A DNA stretch of 61,553 nucleotides, filler included, from Choristocarpus tenellus KU-1152 (GCA_964200185.2; 10 parts of 10 records of this genome joined end to end with filler, not necessarily neighbours in it); one strand, 5' to 3'. Positions 14,301-26,905 are shown, counted from the whole stretch's first letter. Notes: a model not told the origin generated them from the sequence alone. A program made the numbers and translations.

Positions 14301-17300
14301 CACTTAGATTCAAAATCTGTTCTGCTGGATATGGCCTTTGCCGCAGGGATGGACAGTTGATGTTCATAAGGATAAGGAGGTGCAGGCTAAGAAGCGGAAG
14401 GCAAGGAAAGCCCAGAGGGCTGAAGATGATACATTTCTAGATTCTGCTCGGAACACCTTGTCCCATCTGATGGTGTTTACAGCTTTGGATGATATCATAA
14501 ACTCAATAGTAAGAGATAGTGGATGCACAGACAACAATACCGGGGTTGGGGGCAAGAGCAAGTATTTGGACGAGGGTCAGCACAGTAGTTCCAGGATAGT
14601 AATTGGAGATGATGGGGACTATAACAGTAAGACTTTTCACGGACATGGAAGTGCTGCTGAGTATGTAGCAGTGGGAGGGGCACTTGGAAGTATGGTCCCT
14701 AAGTGCAAGTTGAGGTGTTCCAGTACTGCAGAAGCAGACTCCATTCGGACTGCAACGGAGTTGTGGTTCCCACTGGACCTGACCCAAAGGCAGTGTACAA
14801 TAGTGCAGAGGATGGCAGACGAGATGGGCCTTGATCATAAGGTCGTCCCATTTGAAAGCAAGAGATGTATTGTTATCTCTGTGATGCAGCCGCCACAACC
14901 CCAAGACCCACGGGCTGGAACTGCAGCTACAGAAACTAGTGCTGTTGGTAGGAGGGATGAGGGCAAAGAGGAACCATTGCTAGTGGATCTACCCTCCGGT
15001 GGAAAGTGTGAGGAGCATGACATAGACGCAAACGCCACAACCCCCAGCTCCTTAGCTTTGGTCAATTCACGTATCCTTGAGATAGGGGCACAGGTTTCCA
15101 GTTCAGTGTTTCCACATCCACATCGAGACTCTGAGTCTGGGTATCAAGGATTCTATAGCTCTTGTGGCACTGATGTTCCCAACACTCTAAGGGAGGCAGC
15201 CTTTGGAGAGGGCTCAATGGAGGCTGTGCACAGTGCGCCGGGCAATATTGAAGGGGGTGTACAGAGAACAACATCCGTGGCAGATACCTCTCAGGATTAT
15301 TTTGTATTTGATAATTCTATGCCACCTGATACAACACCTGCATCTATAGAAGTTTCCCCCACCAAGTCACCTATGCAGGCTGGGGTTGAGAGCCTGAGGA
15401 AATGGATCACTGGAGTCAGTGATCATGACTCTGGAAACAGATTTCGTGGATTGGAGGAAGTAATTCACCCAGTGGGACAATGTAGGCTAGCAGGTGGGGC
15501 TGGAAGGCCTGGGTTTAACATGACAGAAGAGAGGGAGGATGTGCAGGAGTTCAGAGTTGGGGGAGGGGTCAAGAAAAGCAAGAATGTAGGTAGGCATTCA
15601 GGGGGAGATGATGGTGAAGATGAGACTTTGGGGTTGGAGGATGCAGAGGCAGGCATGGGGGGTGCAGAGGTAAGATTGAAAGAAGGGGCTACTCACTGTG
15701 TGCAAGTGGATGATATGATGGTGTGGACTCCTCCCCCCGTCTCCCCTCCACCTTGCTTCTTTTTGGTGGGATTTGTGGACGGAGTGATGGAGGAGGTCAC
15801 TGATATGATGGGAGAGGAGTGGAAGACTCAAAAGGTGGTGGTGGAGGTCAAGAACCGCATGCATAGGGCGCAGGATCCCCCTCCACTGTACGATCAGATT
15901 CAGCTAGTGGTGAGAAGGCTAGTGGGTGGAGCACTTAGAGAGGCAAGGAGCAAGGATTTAAAACCTGGTTGACAATGTTTTCTATGCTATTCTGCGTCTT
16001 CTAGGTGTTACTAGCTCTTGTGTGTGTGTCTTATCGACCAGATATCAAGCACACAGTTTGTTGCCGATGTAAGCATCTGTGTGTGCATCTGTGCTGAAGG
16101 TTTTGCATGTGTGCATGATGGGAACTTGTGATGTTACTCTGCACGAAGAATGCTGACGCCAATCATGGAAGACAGATATAAATCCGGCGTATCCCCTCGT
16201 GCAATGCTCCTTGGCTTAGTATAGCGTGTTTTACTTGTCTCATGGGTCGGGAGCAACCTGCACCTGACTTGTTCAGTTGACTTGCCGTGCCTGTATGGCA
16301 TACGCCACCATGAACTTGAGAAAAAAACAGAATTTATCATGCTTGCTTCAGGCAGTCCCCCTCCCTTCGACAAATATACCTCTTTCGCTGACAGGTGTAC
16401 ATGCTCATGATTGGGGCCTCTGTAGGCGACCTTGTTCAGTTTGTAAAGAGAAGGCGGGGAAGAGCCAAGACACGAGGTCAGTGCCAAAGTCGAGGACAAG
16501 ACATTGGTGGTGACAGTGTCAGGGGCAGTAGCAGCGATGGCTGCTCTTCCTCTCTGAGTGATGAGGTGCGTGGGTCATTTGCATGCCTGCAACAAACAGT
16601 GACATTTAGATGGGGGAGTTTCAATACTTCAGATTTTGTCTGTAGTCCATATTGGTTCCAGCTTTTGTCCGTGATTTGAAGTAAATTGTACCAACGTACC
16701 ACCGGGATGTGGAATTTGGTCTTCGGAGAATTTACAACTTTGAGGTTGAGGTGTGATAACAATACCATGGCTCTTGGGTCCTCTGGTTCATTATGTGGTG
16801 CTGCTTTAGCGGGACCATTTCTTGGTCTCACAATTGTGCCTGTTCTGTGTCAGCTGTGCAGCCCATGGACGATTCGTTGTTATTTCTTCTCTTTAATTTT
16901 TTTTCTGTTAGATGTTGTGGTGGAAAGTGCGCCAGATATGAAGTCTTATTCACCAACCTAGCTGTTAAGACTGCCCAATACTAGGGAGTGCATGGCAGTA
17001 CCGGGGGAGTAGGACTTGATGAAGTTGTTACTGCCAGCTCTGTGAGGGCGCACTCCACACCTTCTTGTTCTTCAGGGCTTGCGTCAATGTTGTCCATATT
17101 GTGTTGTGATTGGTGCCTGTGACACTGTTGCCCATGGTGGTATGATGTGTCAACATGTTTGTGGTAGAGTTGTTAGAGTATCAGGGGTGACAGATCCCAT
17201 GCAACTCTTATGTAGGTTATCAATAGCAACAATAGACCATTGTAATATACAAGTACTGATATATGTATCTATATGGACAAGGAGGAAAATTGGACTTGGT

Positions 17301-19007
17301 ATGAAAAGCAATGCTTGGACTGATAGAAGAGTATTCTAACCTATGTTTCACAATGAGCTATCTCAGCAGGATGCATCCGTCCTGCAACACTCAGTACCCC
17401 CTCTATTTTGGCATTGCTCCTGCTTGATGTTTATTTTTGTGTAGAACCTGGGTGTAATTTGACTTCCTGGGCTGCTATCAAATGGTTGGTCTGTCATTTA
17501 TATTTGGGGTTTTGCTGGGAGGTGACTTGGGGTCTTTTAGTGCTGTGTTAGTACTGTGTAGGAAAATACATCACACTGATACTCAGATAGTGGCAATACA
17601 ACATAGGGGTTGACAGGGAATTCATTGCATTCTTCTATTGTGCCAATGGCTCTGTGGTAAGTTAGTTCACTGAGGTGTGCAAATGTGCCTTTGTTTGTGG
17701 TGATCACTGGTGAATTATTTGGAGGGCACAAATCACCTTTGGAGGTGGATCTATTTAATGCTCTTGGTCTGCTGCTGTTTGTTCATCTGAAACCTTTCAA
17801 ACTTTCTGGCAATCTGCAGGCAATTGTTATAGATCCATATAGATATTCAGTCTTGTCCCTCTCCACACCCATCCACAACTGTGGAAGCCCTACACTTACT
17901 ATACAGGAATCTGTGCACACTCATGCAATGCCAGATCACTGTGTCTCGAGTCAAGCTGGACTGCCCCCTGTATAAACACCATCAGAACTGGCAGAACCAG
18001 ATCGTGCCTCGCCTCTACCAGTTTGCCAGAATGGTGTACCGATTCAGGGCTGATGACCTTCTTCGGTGGCGATATCTACTCGCCAGCCCAGTACGCAACC
18101 ATGTTGATTCAGTAGAAGCTATATGTATATTGTTGCTGGTTTTCCACTGGCACATGATCTTCTCCTTTGCAGTGTGTATGTATGTAAGTCTCTGTTGTGG
18201 TTGCTGTGACTCTTCCCTTTTTTTGTGAGATTTTACACCTGTAACAGAGTTTGGAAGCATAACCATCCACAAAATGTGACTTAATCAAGAAGAGATCCTA
18301 TCAGGCCACCACACTACCCTTTGATCTCTACCATTATAGCTGTGTACTCAATCTAAACATCTCCCAACACATCTCCCCGTTCTTCCCCTTCCCCTACCTC
18401 CTGAACACCAAGCCAGTTGGAGCAGAGGAGAGTGATCCTGGAGCACTGCCCATTTCTTTTGGGAGCCCTGGGCTTGGATAGGCGAACACTTCCAGAAGAG
18501 GTTGTTAAGTCCAGCAGTCATTCCCTTTCTAGTAGTGTTGGCAGCCCCACTGCCACCACAGCTTGTACTTCTTCTCTGACCTTGGTAGACGTTACTTCTC
18601 CTGGTGTTGTGGCTTCTGGGTGTTCCAACACCCTTGTGCCATTTGGTCATCCTCCTCCCATCCTTGCCAGTGGCAAAGCCGATGCTGATGCCCCGGCCTC
18701 TCACTGTGCTGATACCTCCACGACTGTTCCCTCAAAAAGTACAAATAGCTGTGTCCGTGTGTGCAAATCTCAACAGGCTTGTTTTCAAAGACCTGTGCAG
18801 GGGTTATTGGACTCCCAGGTATCTTTGATTGACACCAGCATGTCATCTTGTGTGGGGACAGACTTGGGTCAGAAGAGACCACGAAGGGGACATGAGGGCA
18901 AAGAGTTAAATGTGTCACGTGATCAATTTGGCTCTGAAACACCGACACTGTTAGTCACTGCTCCCAAGTGGGCAAGGATGGAAGAAGACGCTCCGACAGA
19001 AGGATAA
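11375..19007 (+). CDS. YqaJ/lambda-exonuclease-like PD-(D/E)XK nuclease with large insertion (9 exons, ~1029 aa)
   Basis: Exons 11375-11418, 11516-11633, 11912-12094, 12529-12687, 13260-13364, 14347-15909, 16395-16565, 17935-18090, 18417-19007. All introns are GT-AG with compatible phases, giving 3090 nt in one frame. Motifs in order: FPASEVAAIAGYHPW; FGKRNEDEALRQYERRTG; FFLVGFVDG; VVEVKNR; PPLYDQIQLVVYM; HQNWQNQIVPRL. The exon 8 acceptor (17935) was chosen for phase compatibility, and small missed exons cannot be excluded. Confidence 0.8.
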
Positions 19008-20706
19008 GACTGAAGATGTGAATGCCCTACTTTTTTTTTAAACACTGTCGGTTGTTGGATGGACTGAATGGTGATCGGCCTGATTTAAATAGCTTAAATA
19101 AGGTGGTACTTACAAAATTTGATGTTCGTTTGCAAATACAGAGGATGTTCAGATATACTTCGTACTGCGTGTTTCCAAATGGGTTCTTAACACAAGTAGG
19201 AAATTACATCTATTGGTAGTATATAAAGGACTGGGTTCCGTTATTCCCCGTTTCCTTTGTCAAATTCGGTTGTCACATATTTTGAAGTAGATGTCAGAGT
19301 TTTCCTGTGGCAATCTAGATTTTGTTGGGCAAAAAAAGATATGTAGTGAGGTAAGTGATGATACAGAGGAGTTCGTGTGCGGCTAGAGAGGAGCTGGGAG
19401 GTGCAGCAGAGAAGCAAAGAGGTTGGTACCCAGTGGGAGAATTAAAACTGTGCGAATGATATTCTAAGTGGAGAGGGTAAGAGAAGAAGCAGTCCTTCCA
19501 TCTTATTAATTCAGATGTAGTGAAGAACTGTCAAGAGGTAAAAATAGAGCACATGGCGGAGGAGAGAGTGGAAGAGCTGGGAGATATTCATCATGGGAGG
19601 ATAGAGGAATCAGTTGGAAAAATAGAACGATCGGGGATGTCAGAGGATGGAATATATTTCTATGTGGTCCTAGGTATCGGGAAGCTGGTGAACATCAAAG
19701 GTGTGTTGACACATTTCTAGCGGGTAGCAGAGAGAAACTCAGACACCCTGGCAGGCTAGGGAAAGAATATGTTGGATACGAAGACCAACTTGTGACAGTA
19801 GACATAAGTGCATTTGTGATGAGGAGAAAGGTATAGCCCAAAGAGGAAGGGAAGTTTTGATTATTTACTGGATATTTGAGGTTAGTAGTATTGATTGACT
19901 TGTAGTTTAATGAATTTGCCCTGAGAAAACTGGGAGGGAAGGGGTAGCATCAGTACTGTCTTCGGTAGCTAATGTATAAACGATGACATAGACAAAGAGA
20001 ATTCACACACAACCTGCAACACTAAGATGAAGCAATGAAGTCGGCACAGCAAGTGAAGGTATTAATTGCAGCAACTTGTCTACATTTTTTCTCTCAGGAT
20101 ATTTTGTTGGGCATTCAGATGCATTGCTGTAAGATTTTCACTTAGTTCCTAGTAGCTAGAGATGATGCTGATCACCAATCTAGAAAATTAGTTCGTTGGG
20201 TTTCCATTTAGGCCAGAGAATTGAAGAGTAGAGTAGGGACATCTATCTCCCCCCTTATTCCCCACTCTCCGAGAGTAGAGGGAATCCTCGAAGATATCAA
20301 TGATCTACCTACTCATGTCAATTTGATTGTATCAAGGACCCAGGGAGTTTGATGTTCAGGAAAATTTAGACTGCAGCCCAATAAGAAGTCCGTCAAACAA
20401 CATTGCAATTGGAGTAAGGTGACATACCCTTTTCTGACAGGACCAAAAAAATGATGCAATTCCTCCCATGGTAGGGAGTCAGATGGGTCAACGAAAGGGA
20501 CATTGACAAGGTCAAGTGGGGGATCGAGGAATGAAGGATTTAGGAAGGAATGCAGAATGGGGGGAAGGGGACTTGAGCGGGGCCCCTTAAGGAACAAGTG
20601 AGAGTTACATGAAGTATGACACACCAGGTGAACATGGATCCACAGAGGAAGCTATACGTCTGGAGTGGAAGTTATTTTCCACCTGGGTAACCCTTTCTGG
20701 AGAAGA

Positions 20707-20880
20707 GGGTCAAAGTATCTGGGGGGGTGGCGGCGGCGTCTGTTTTCACCCTTTTTTCGATTTTCACTTTTTTGGTGTGATTTGGTCTCACGTGTCGGAT
20801 TTGAAATGTCAGAAAAGAGTTATTTGACCGAAACGGACGCCCCCTCACAAACCACCACCTCCCCCCAGATACTTTGACCC
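20707..20880. mobile_element. MITE family A variant, full copy (174 bp)
   Basis: Perfect TIR GGGTCAAAGTATCTGGGGG / CCCCCAGATACTTTGACCC, flanked by AAGA/AAGA. The left end also occurs at 23792-23848 and 39429-39472. Confidence 0.88.
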
Positions 20881-21239
20881 AAGAGGGAAACCTAGGGTTG
20901 GGGACTCCACTATTTGGTGGGGTGAACTGTACGATAAGGGAAGGTATGGTGGGAGAATGCTATATGTGAGATGAAATGGTGACCAGTCCTGGTTCAAGAG
21001 TGTGGAAATTCCAGGGTATTTTATTTATCAATCTTGGCAAATAGAATGGCCAGGGTCCAGGCCATGGCTGTGTACCGGGCTTTGCCCATGTTCGAAAAGT
21101 TGACTACCATAGACCAGCCCCGGCAAAGCACAATTTTAATGGACCGGCCTGTGGCCCGACCATGTTGAAAGAGTTGACGACCATGGAAAAAAAGGGATTT
21201 AACCGGACCAGGCTCAAATTATCTGGGAGGGGGTGGCGG

Positions 21240-21339
21240 NNNNNNNNNNNNNNNNNNNNNNNNNNNNNNNNNNNNNNNNNNNNTTAATTAATTAANNNNN
21301 NNNNNNNNNNNNNNNNNNNNNNNNNNNNNNNNNNNNNNN
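21240..21339. other. Artificial contig spacer
   Basis: Same 100-nt spacer. Confidence 0.98.
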
Positions 21340-21985
21340 TTTGCCCCACGGTTCACACTCACTCGATGTTCCTAGTGAGATGAGGCTGACGACCAAAGGT
21401 AAAGGATTTGTAGGCAACCTCCCCAACCAAATCTACACAGATATTTGTAACTTACCTCCTGTCACTTCAAAGACGCAACATTACGGTTCCGCTCAACAGT
21501 TCAGTGTGGGTGGATGGGGATAAGGAACTGTGCACATTGCACCTTCTTCAGGCGGGTGGAAAATGTTGGTGGTGGGAGGTGTCACATCCACTCTATAATC
21601 GACGCAACGAGAGATGTCAAGTTGAGAGTGTGGTGTACTACTGTATTTTGTTGGTGTCTGTTTCTCTGATGAAAATGTGGTGAAGAACCTTTTTATTTCT
21701 CTCCTGGGTGTCCCTTTCGACATCCTCTTCGTTTGTCCACATGACAGCATTGTTGCAAACAACGTGTTTGTTCATCTAAGCACATGCAGTTTTCAAGATA
21801 GGAGGGATGCTGTTGACAAAGCGTGAAGAAATGATTGCAACGTGAGGTGGAAGGGGCCTTCTTATGGGCAGGATGGGATGGTAGTGATGCAGTGCATGGG
21901 TAATAAGGGGGTGCCACAGTGGTGGGGAATGAGGAGGTGGAGCTCCGGAAGTAGGTAGTAATCACTGTGTTCTACAAGCCCCAGT

Positions 21986-22165
21986 TGTTCCAAGTATCTT
22001 GATGGGGGGGGGAAGGGGTCTACACCAGGGTGTACATTCGGGTCTTGACCAGCAAAAGTGCACTTACATTACCCATCTGACGCATGCAACCAAATCACCC
22101 AAAAATCGTGACATATAAAAAATGGATCCCGAATGGAGAGTCGCCCCCCGCCCCCCCCTAGATAC
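21986..22165. mobile_element. MITE family A, degraded termini
   Basis: Collinear with 10726-10917 (TACACCAGGGTGT, CCATCTGACG, AACCAAATCAC, AAAAATCG). Confidence 0.75.
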
Positions 22166-22215
22166 AACATTTTCCATTTTCCGTGAAGCCTCTCCTATTT
22201 TGATGTTTCCCTTCA

Positions 22216-22474
22216 GAGACTAAGTATCTTAGAGGGCAGAGCCGCGTCCATTTGGGGGCCAAAATCCAATGTTGCGATTTTGATGTAATTTTGGCTATCG
22301 CGCTTGATAGAAAGTGTCACCATCCATGTTCCCGATACACCTTTTCATAGCATATACAATTTGCCTAATCTGAAATATTTTGGAATAGGAAAATGTCATA
22401 AAACCCCCCGAGGGAAACCAAGCCACAAATGGACAAACAGGTCAAAACTCGTACCCTCTAAGATACGTTTACTC
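22216..22474. mobile_element. MITE family B, full copy (259 bp, opposite orientation to the 1003 copy)
   Basis: GAGACTAAGTATCTTAGAGGG ... CCCTCTAAGATACGTTTACTC, flanked by TTCA/TTCA. Confidence 0.85.
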
Positions 22475-23172
22475 TTCAACCAAGTGCAGTGTGTGGTACA
22501 GTAATGTCTGTTTCACTGCCACAAAGAGTAGGGTTGTAGGAGAGGATAAGCCAAGCTAGCGAAGGATAGTGGGGCAGTTACAGGGCTTACCGACAACAAC
22601 AACAAACTGAATTCTTCAACCATGGACTTTTCACTTATCCTGAACTGCAAATCCTTTATGGCCGCACACAAGACTCTTCATCAATAGCATTTGCTATGAG
22701 ACGGGATACGACTTGGCAACTGCCAAGCGTCTCAACTGCGGAGGAGCAAAACAACACTATAAGACCGCAAGGCATCAAACGTGGCTATCATGTACACAGA
22801 TTGACTCCTTGAGTCGGACACACTTATTTTCAAACACAATGGTTAGTACAGCAATCCTCTCATGTAGTATAACATCGTACACACAACCAAACATTACACA
22901 ACAAAAGACATGTTATATACTACGGCACAAGTGACCTGAGGGATGAGGCAGACAGGTGGGAACAGGACTCTCAACAACACACACTGTCTCACACTCTACC
23001 CAGCACCCATCTTCTGAAGTGCAATGAGTAATACAATCAAGTCACAAAGAAACTACAGCTAGCTGGGTGCAAAAAGACAAGAAGTGTGCATGGCACAAGT
23101 GCCAAAACGAAGCCAAACGTTCATCAACACTTCATTGCCTCCGGTTGAGTGTCTCACTTGCTTTGTCTGACT

Positions 23173-23431
23173 GAGCCAAAGTATCTCAGAGGGTAGAGTG
23201 GCGTCCACTTGGGGGCCAAATGTCAATGTTGCGATTTTTATGTAATTTTGGCTATCATATTTGTTAGGAAGTGTCAATATCCATGTTCCGGACTCACCTT
23301 TTCATAACGTACACATTTTACCTACTCCGAAACGTTTTGGCGTAGGAAAATGTCATAAAATACACCATGGGAAGTCAAGGTTTAAATGGACAAACAGGGC
23401 AAAACTCGTACCCTCTAAGATACTTTCACTC
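23173..23431. mobile_element. MITE family B, full copy (259 bp)
   Basis: GAGCCAAAGTATCTCAGAGGGTA ... TACCCTCTAAGATACTTTCACTC, flanked by ACT/ACT. Confidence 0.88.
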
Positions 23432-23558
23432 ACTGTCACTATTTTTGGGCATCAAAACACCGTATTGGTTTTGATCTTTATGTGACAAAACTTTATTGTT
23501 TGATGAAAACAATCTGCCACAACGTCTCAGGTGATGTTGGGTCAGGCCTGATGTGGCA

Positions 23559-23709
23559 CTATCCATCCCTCTGAGAGAGAAGCCAGTCTTTCATGTGACC
23601 CTCAGGGTCCACCCCGTCGTCCTCGTCCTTGTCCTCATCCCCATCCTTGTCCCCATCCTCGGTTGGTGTGGCGGCCCTGTCCTCTGCTGCAGCGGCCTTG
23701 TCCCTTTCC
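23559..23709 (-). CDS. Possible acidic terminal exon of an unknown gene
   Basis: Follows a CAG acceptor and reads ERDKAAAAEDRAATPTEDGDKDGDEDKDEDDGVDPEGHMKDWLLSQRDG*. No upstream exon lies on this contig. Confidence 0.3.
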
Positions 23710-23848
23710 CTGGACATTGGTGTTGGACATTGTCCCAGCTACAGCTTCCCCACTGGTAGCCTGGGCATCTGAGCATGGGGATGGACCAAGGGGTCAAAGT
23801 ATCTGGGGGGGGGTGTCGGCGTCCGTTTTCACCCTTTTTTCGATTTTA

Positions 23849-23948
23849 NNNNNNNNNNNNNNNNNNNNNNNNNNNNNNNNNNNNNNNNNNNNTTAATTAA
23901 TTAANNNNNNNNNNNNNNNNNNNNNNNNNNNNNNNNNNNNNNNNNNNN
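23849..23948. other. Artificial contig spacer
   Basis: Same 100-nt spacer. Confidence 0.98.
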
Positions 23949-26251
23949 ATCCTCACCATCCTCCTCCTCCCCCACCCCCCCAACATCAGCCAGGGGTTGC
24001 ATGCCCCTCTTGGCTCTGAGGGCCGCAGCCTTAGCCTCCCGTGCCTTCTTTTCATCGAAAGCATTCCTGTACAAACAACAACACAAGCATTATCAAAGAA
24101 AAAGAAAAACGTCCCCTCTCAATAAGAGAAAAAAAACAACAAAAAAAAGGTGTGGCAAGGACAAACACGCACATGGTCGTAGAACACCTCCCATGGACAT
24201 CACCAGACAGAGCACCAACAAAGGCAAAGACAAGGTTGGTTCCCTCTCTTTTCTGAACAGGCAATGCCCATGAAAGGAGAGAGAGTAATGTAGAGGGGGT
24301 ACTTTCAAAACACCACCTGGAGGTGACTTCCCACTACCTCCTTCTGCTAGCTACATTGCTCAGCCCCAACTTTATCTTACAAGAAAAAATAACTGTAGGG
24401 TTAACAAGGACATGCAACCTTGTTAACTTGGGTGCACAGCAAGCATCGGGGAAGACTGCCAGTTAGACTTGGAGATAGACATTCGAGGAAGGAACAACGA
24501 TATAGATCTTTGGGGACCCAGGGCTCGGTTTGCATGGGAGGTAGGGGTCAGGGCTAGAGTCATACAGGCACCACAATAGCAACAGGAGAGCAAAAAAAAA
24601 GGAAGTCTGACAGAGTCACTTGAAGTGAAATGCATCCAATTATGTCTACTATGACAGAGTACTGTTGGCAACATAACTTTCACCCAACAAGAATGGTGTA
24701 CCAGGTTGACTGTTGAGAAGAGACAGACATGACAAATCCTCACCAGAAGCAGGGCGAAGGACCGCCTTCGCCAGGTTATAAACAACCAAGTCAACTCTAG
24801 AAACTACCGAAAGAAGTAGGAAGTACCTCAGGTTAGGATTAGGGTAGCAGGATAGTGCATCAACCACTGAGGCTTGTGCAGGCTATCTCAAGGCTAACTC
24901 AAAAAACCGTGCTAAGACAGTTCTAAGACCGTTCCATGTAACACATGGTGAGAGGTTGCAATGGCAAATGGTATGGTGTCCTGTGATATGAGCAAAAAAG
25001 AAATCACTTTACACACACACACATATATATATGTATACATATACATATACACATGTACTTCAAAGTGCCACACAGTCTCAAACTCGTGATGCTAGGGGAT
25101 GGAGATAGGGTTAGGGCTGGTAGTAGTCATGATGACAAATGTTCAACTTTGAAACTCACAGCAACAACAATAAAAATGTAGCCTGGGCCTCTATGGAAGG
25201 AAATGCAATGAAGCAGCCACTGCAGCAAAGTACAGTAGTAGTATAGAAAGATATAGTACGTTTTGGCCTAGAAATAACACACACAAATTGTTGGTTTAAC
25301 CTCAATAAATATAAACACACCTTTCAATAGCATCTACTGCCATTTGTGCCTGTTCCCATGTCCTGTGCCTTGGCAGCAAGGGCTCTCCATCCTCCTCAAG
25401 ACCATCCTCACTCTTCCTCGGACTGCCCTTGCCCTTTAAAATGGTCTTACCCTGTTATGGTAAGGTTGAGGTCAGATACAGTAAAGCTTGAGGTGGATGG
25501 GTCGACAGGGGAAGGGAGTACAAGAGATTACTACAGCAATGAACACAATATATGTAGATATAACATATATACATATTGTTGTGATGTTTTATATTGTCCA
25601 CAATTCGTTTCTGAAACTGCTACTTTTGTCAAGGTCACAATGCAATTAAAGCTCAATGGCAGAGTGGAGTCAAAATGAGTGAACAGGGAGAAACAACATA
25701 CTGTTTTATATAATGATCTCACAGCTATCTTATGCAATCAGTTCTCAAAAATCCAGATATCCATTAACACACAAGTAAGCTCAACTTGCTTCTACATTAA
25801 GGGTGTCAAAGATACCACCTTCACTACTCTAATACGTCACTCATACCCCCAAAGGCCATGGATTGAGCCTCCCTCCACTCTATGCTCCTTAATCGTTTTC
25901 CCATATGAGGTGAAGGCGTTTCTACTATGCCCTACCAGGCGCTATAGACACAGATGCACATCATAACACATCTACGAGACGCGTTCTTCAGTATGTCCAA
26001 TTCTATCTTTGGGTATGTCCTTTACTGTCTCGGGTTTGTCCAATTCTACCTTTAGGTATGTTTTTGACAATCTCGGGTATGTCCTATTCTATCTTTGGTT
26101 GTGTCCTTTACTGTCTCGGGTATGTCCAATTCTTGCCTCTGCCTTCGCCTTGCCCTTGGCGCTTGCTGCACGAGCACCAGCTTCCAAGCTGTCCATTACG
26201 TCCAACACTGCAAATTCTGTCTGTGGTGGGATATCCTTACAGAAAAGGTAC
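23949..26251 (-). CDS. UPF2: Partial UPF2-like (nonsense-mediated decay factor) gene, 3 internal exons
   Basis: Exons 26251-26137 (GC donor inferred), 25433-25321 and 24066-23949 join in frame: RYLFCKDIPPQTEFAVLDVMDSLE...LLPRHRTWEQAQMAVDAIER...GEEEDGED. This resembles the end of UPF2 MIF4G-3 followed by its acidic region. Recognised from memory of the family only. Confidence 0.6.
25991..26133. repeat. Minisatellite, ~43-bp unit made of two alternating ~21-bp subunits, ~3.3 copies
   Basis: GGGTATGTCCAATTCTATCTTT alternates with GGGTATGTCCTTTACTGTCTC. Confidence 0.8.
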
Positions 26252-26448
26252 CTGACAGAGCCATGAGGAGCAGAGGGACACGAAAGGGTTGAATAAAACT
26301 TGGGGGAGGGAGGGATCTGTCTACGTTTTGGACGTTTTGATTTAGTGAGGGGTAATTTTTTCTCCACAATTTAATTTGAAAAAGATGAAAAAGGGTTGTA
26401 GTGATAAGGATACGTTCCTTAGGAAAACTTGCCATATTTACAAAAAAA

Positions 26449-26524
26449 GCCAATGTACTAATGTATCAATGTACCAATGTATCAATATCCAATATACTAA
26501 CGTATCAATATACTAATGTACTCC
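26449..26524. repeat. Degenerate 8-bp tandem repeat (YAATRTAY)n
   Basis: CCAATGTACTAATGTATCAATGTACCAATGTATCAATATCCAATATACT...; a short related tract lies at ~29392-29409. Confidence 0.7.
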
Positions 26525-26905
26525 AACGGAGTGTACTGTCTGCTACTAAAATAAACGACACCAGAAATGTCAGGTGGGAACTCAAAACTCAGCAGCACTC
26601 CCCTCTCAGTTACTTGAGCTTGACTTGTGGCAAATATCATCCGTGATAGATCTCATTCCCCAGCTCTCTCTTGATCCTCCAACACCACCAACAAAAATAC
26701 AATATAAAACCACACACACATTTCTTGAATACAATAACCTTAACCAAAACATGTTACATAGTTATTGGGAAGCTATTTATTGTCATATGCCCAAACCCAT
26801 TTGGCAGGTGCTGCCAGGAAGAAAGAACCTCCCCCCCCCCCCCCCCCCCCCCCCCCCACCCCAAAAACAACAAACGCGCACCTGCACAAAGAAGGGATTT
26901 TTCTC

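Noticed and set aside
11375-19007. Endogenous giant-virus insertion explaining the YqaJ-like gene
   Set aside because: The gene has eight spliceosomal introns, and no neighbouring intronless viral hallmark genes are present.
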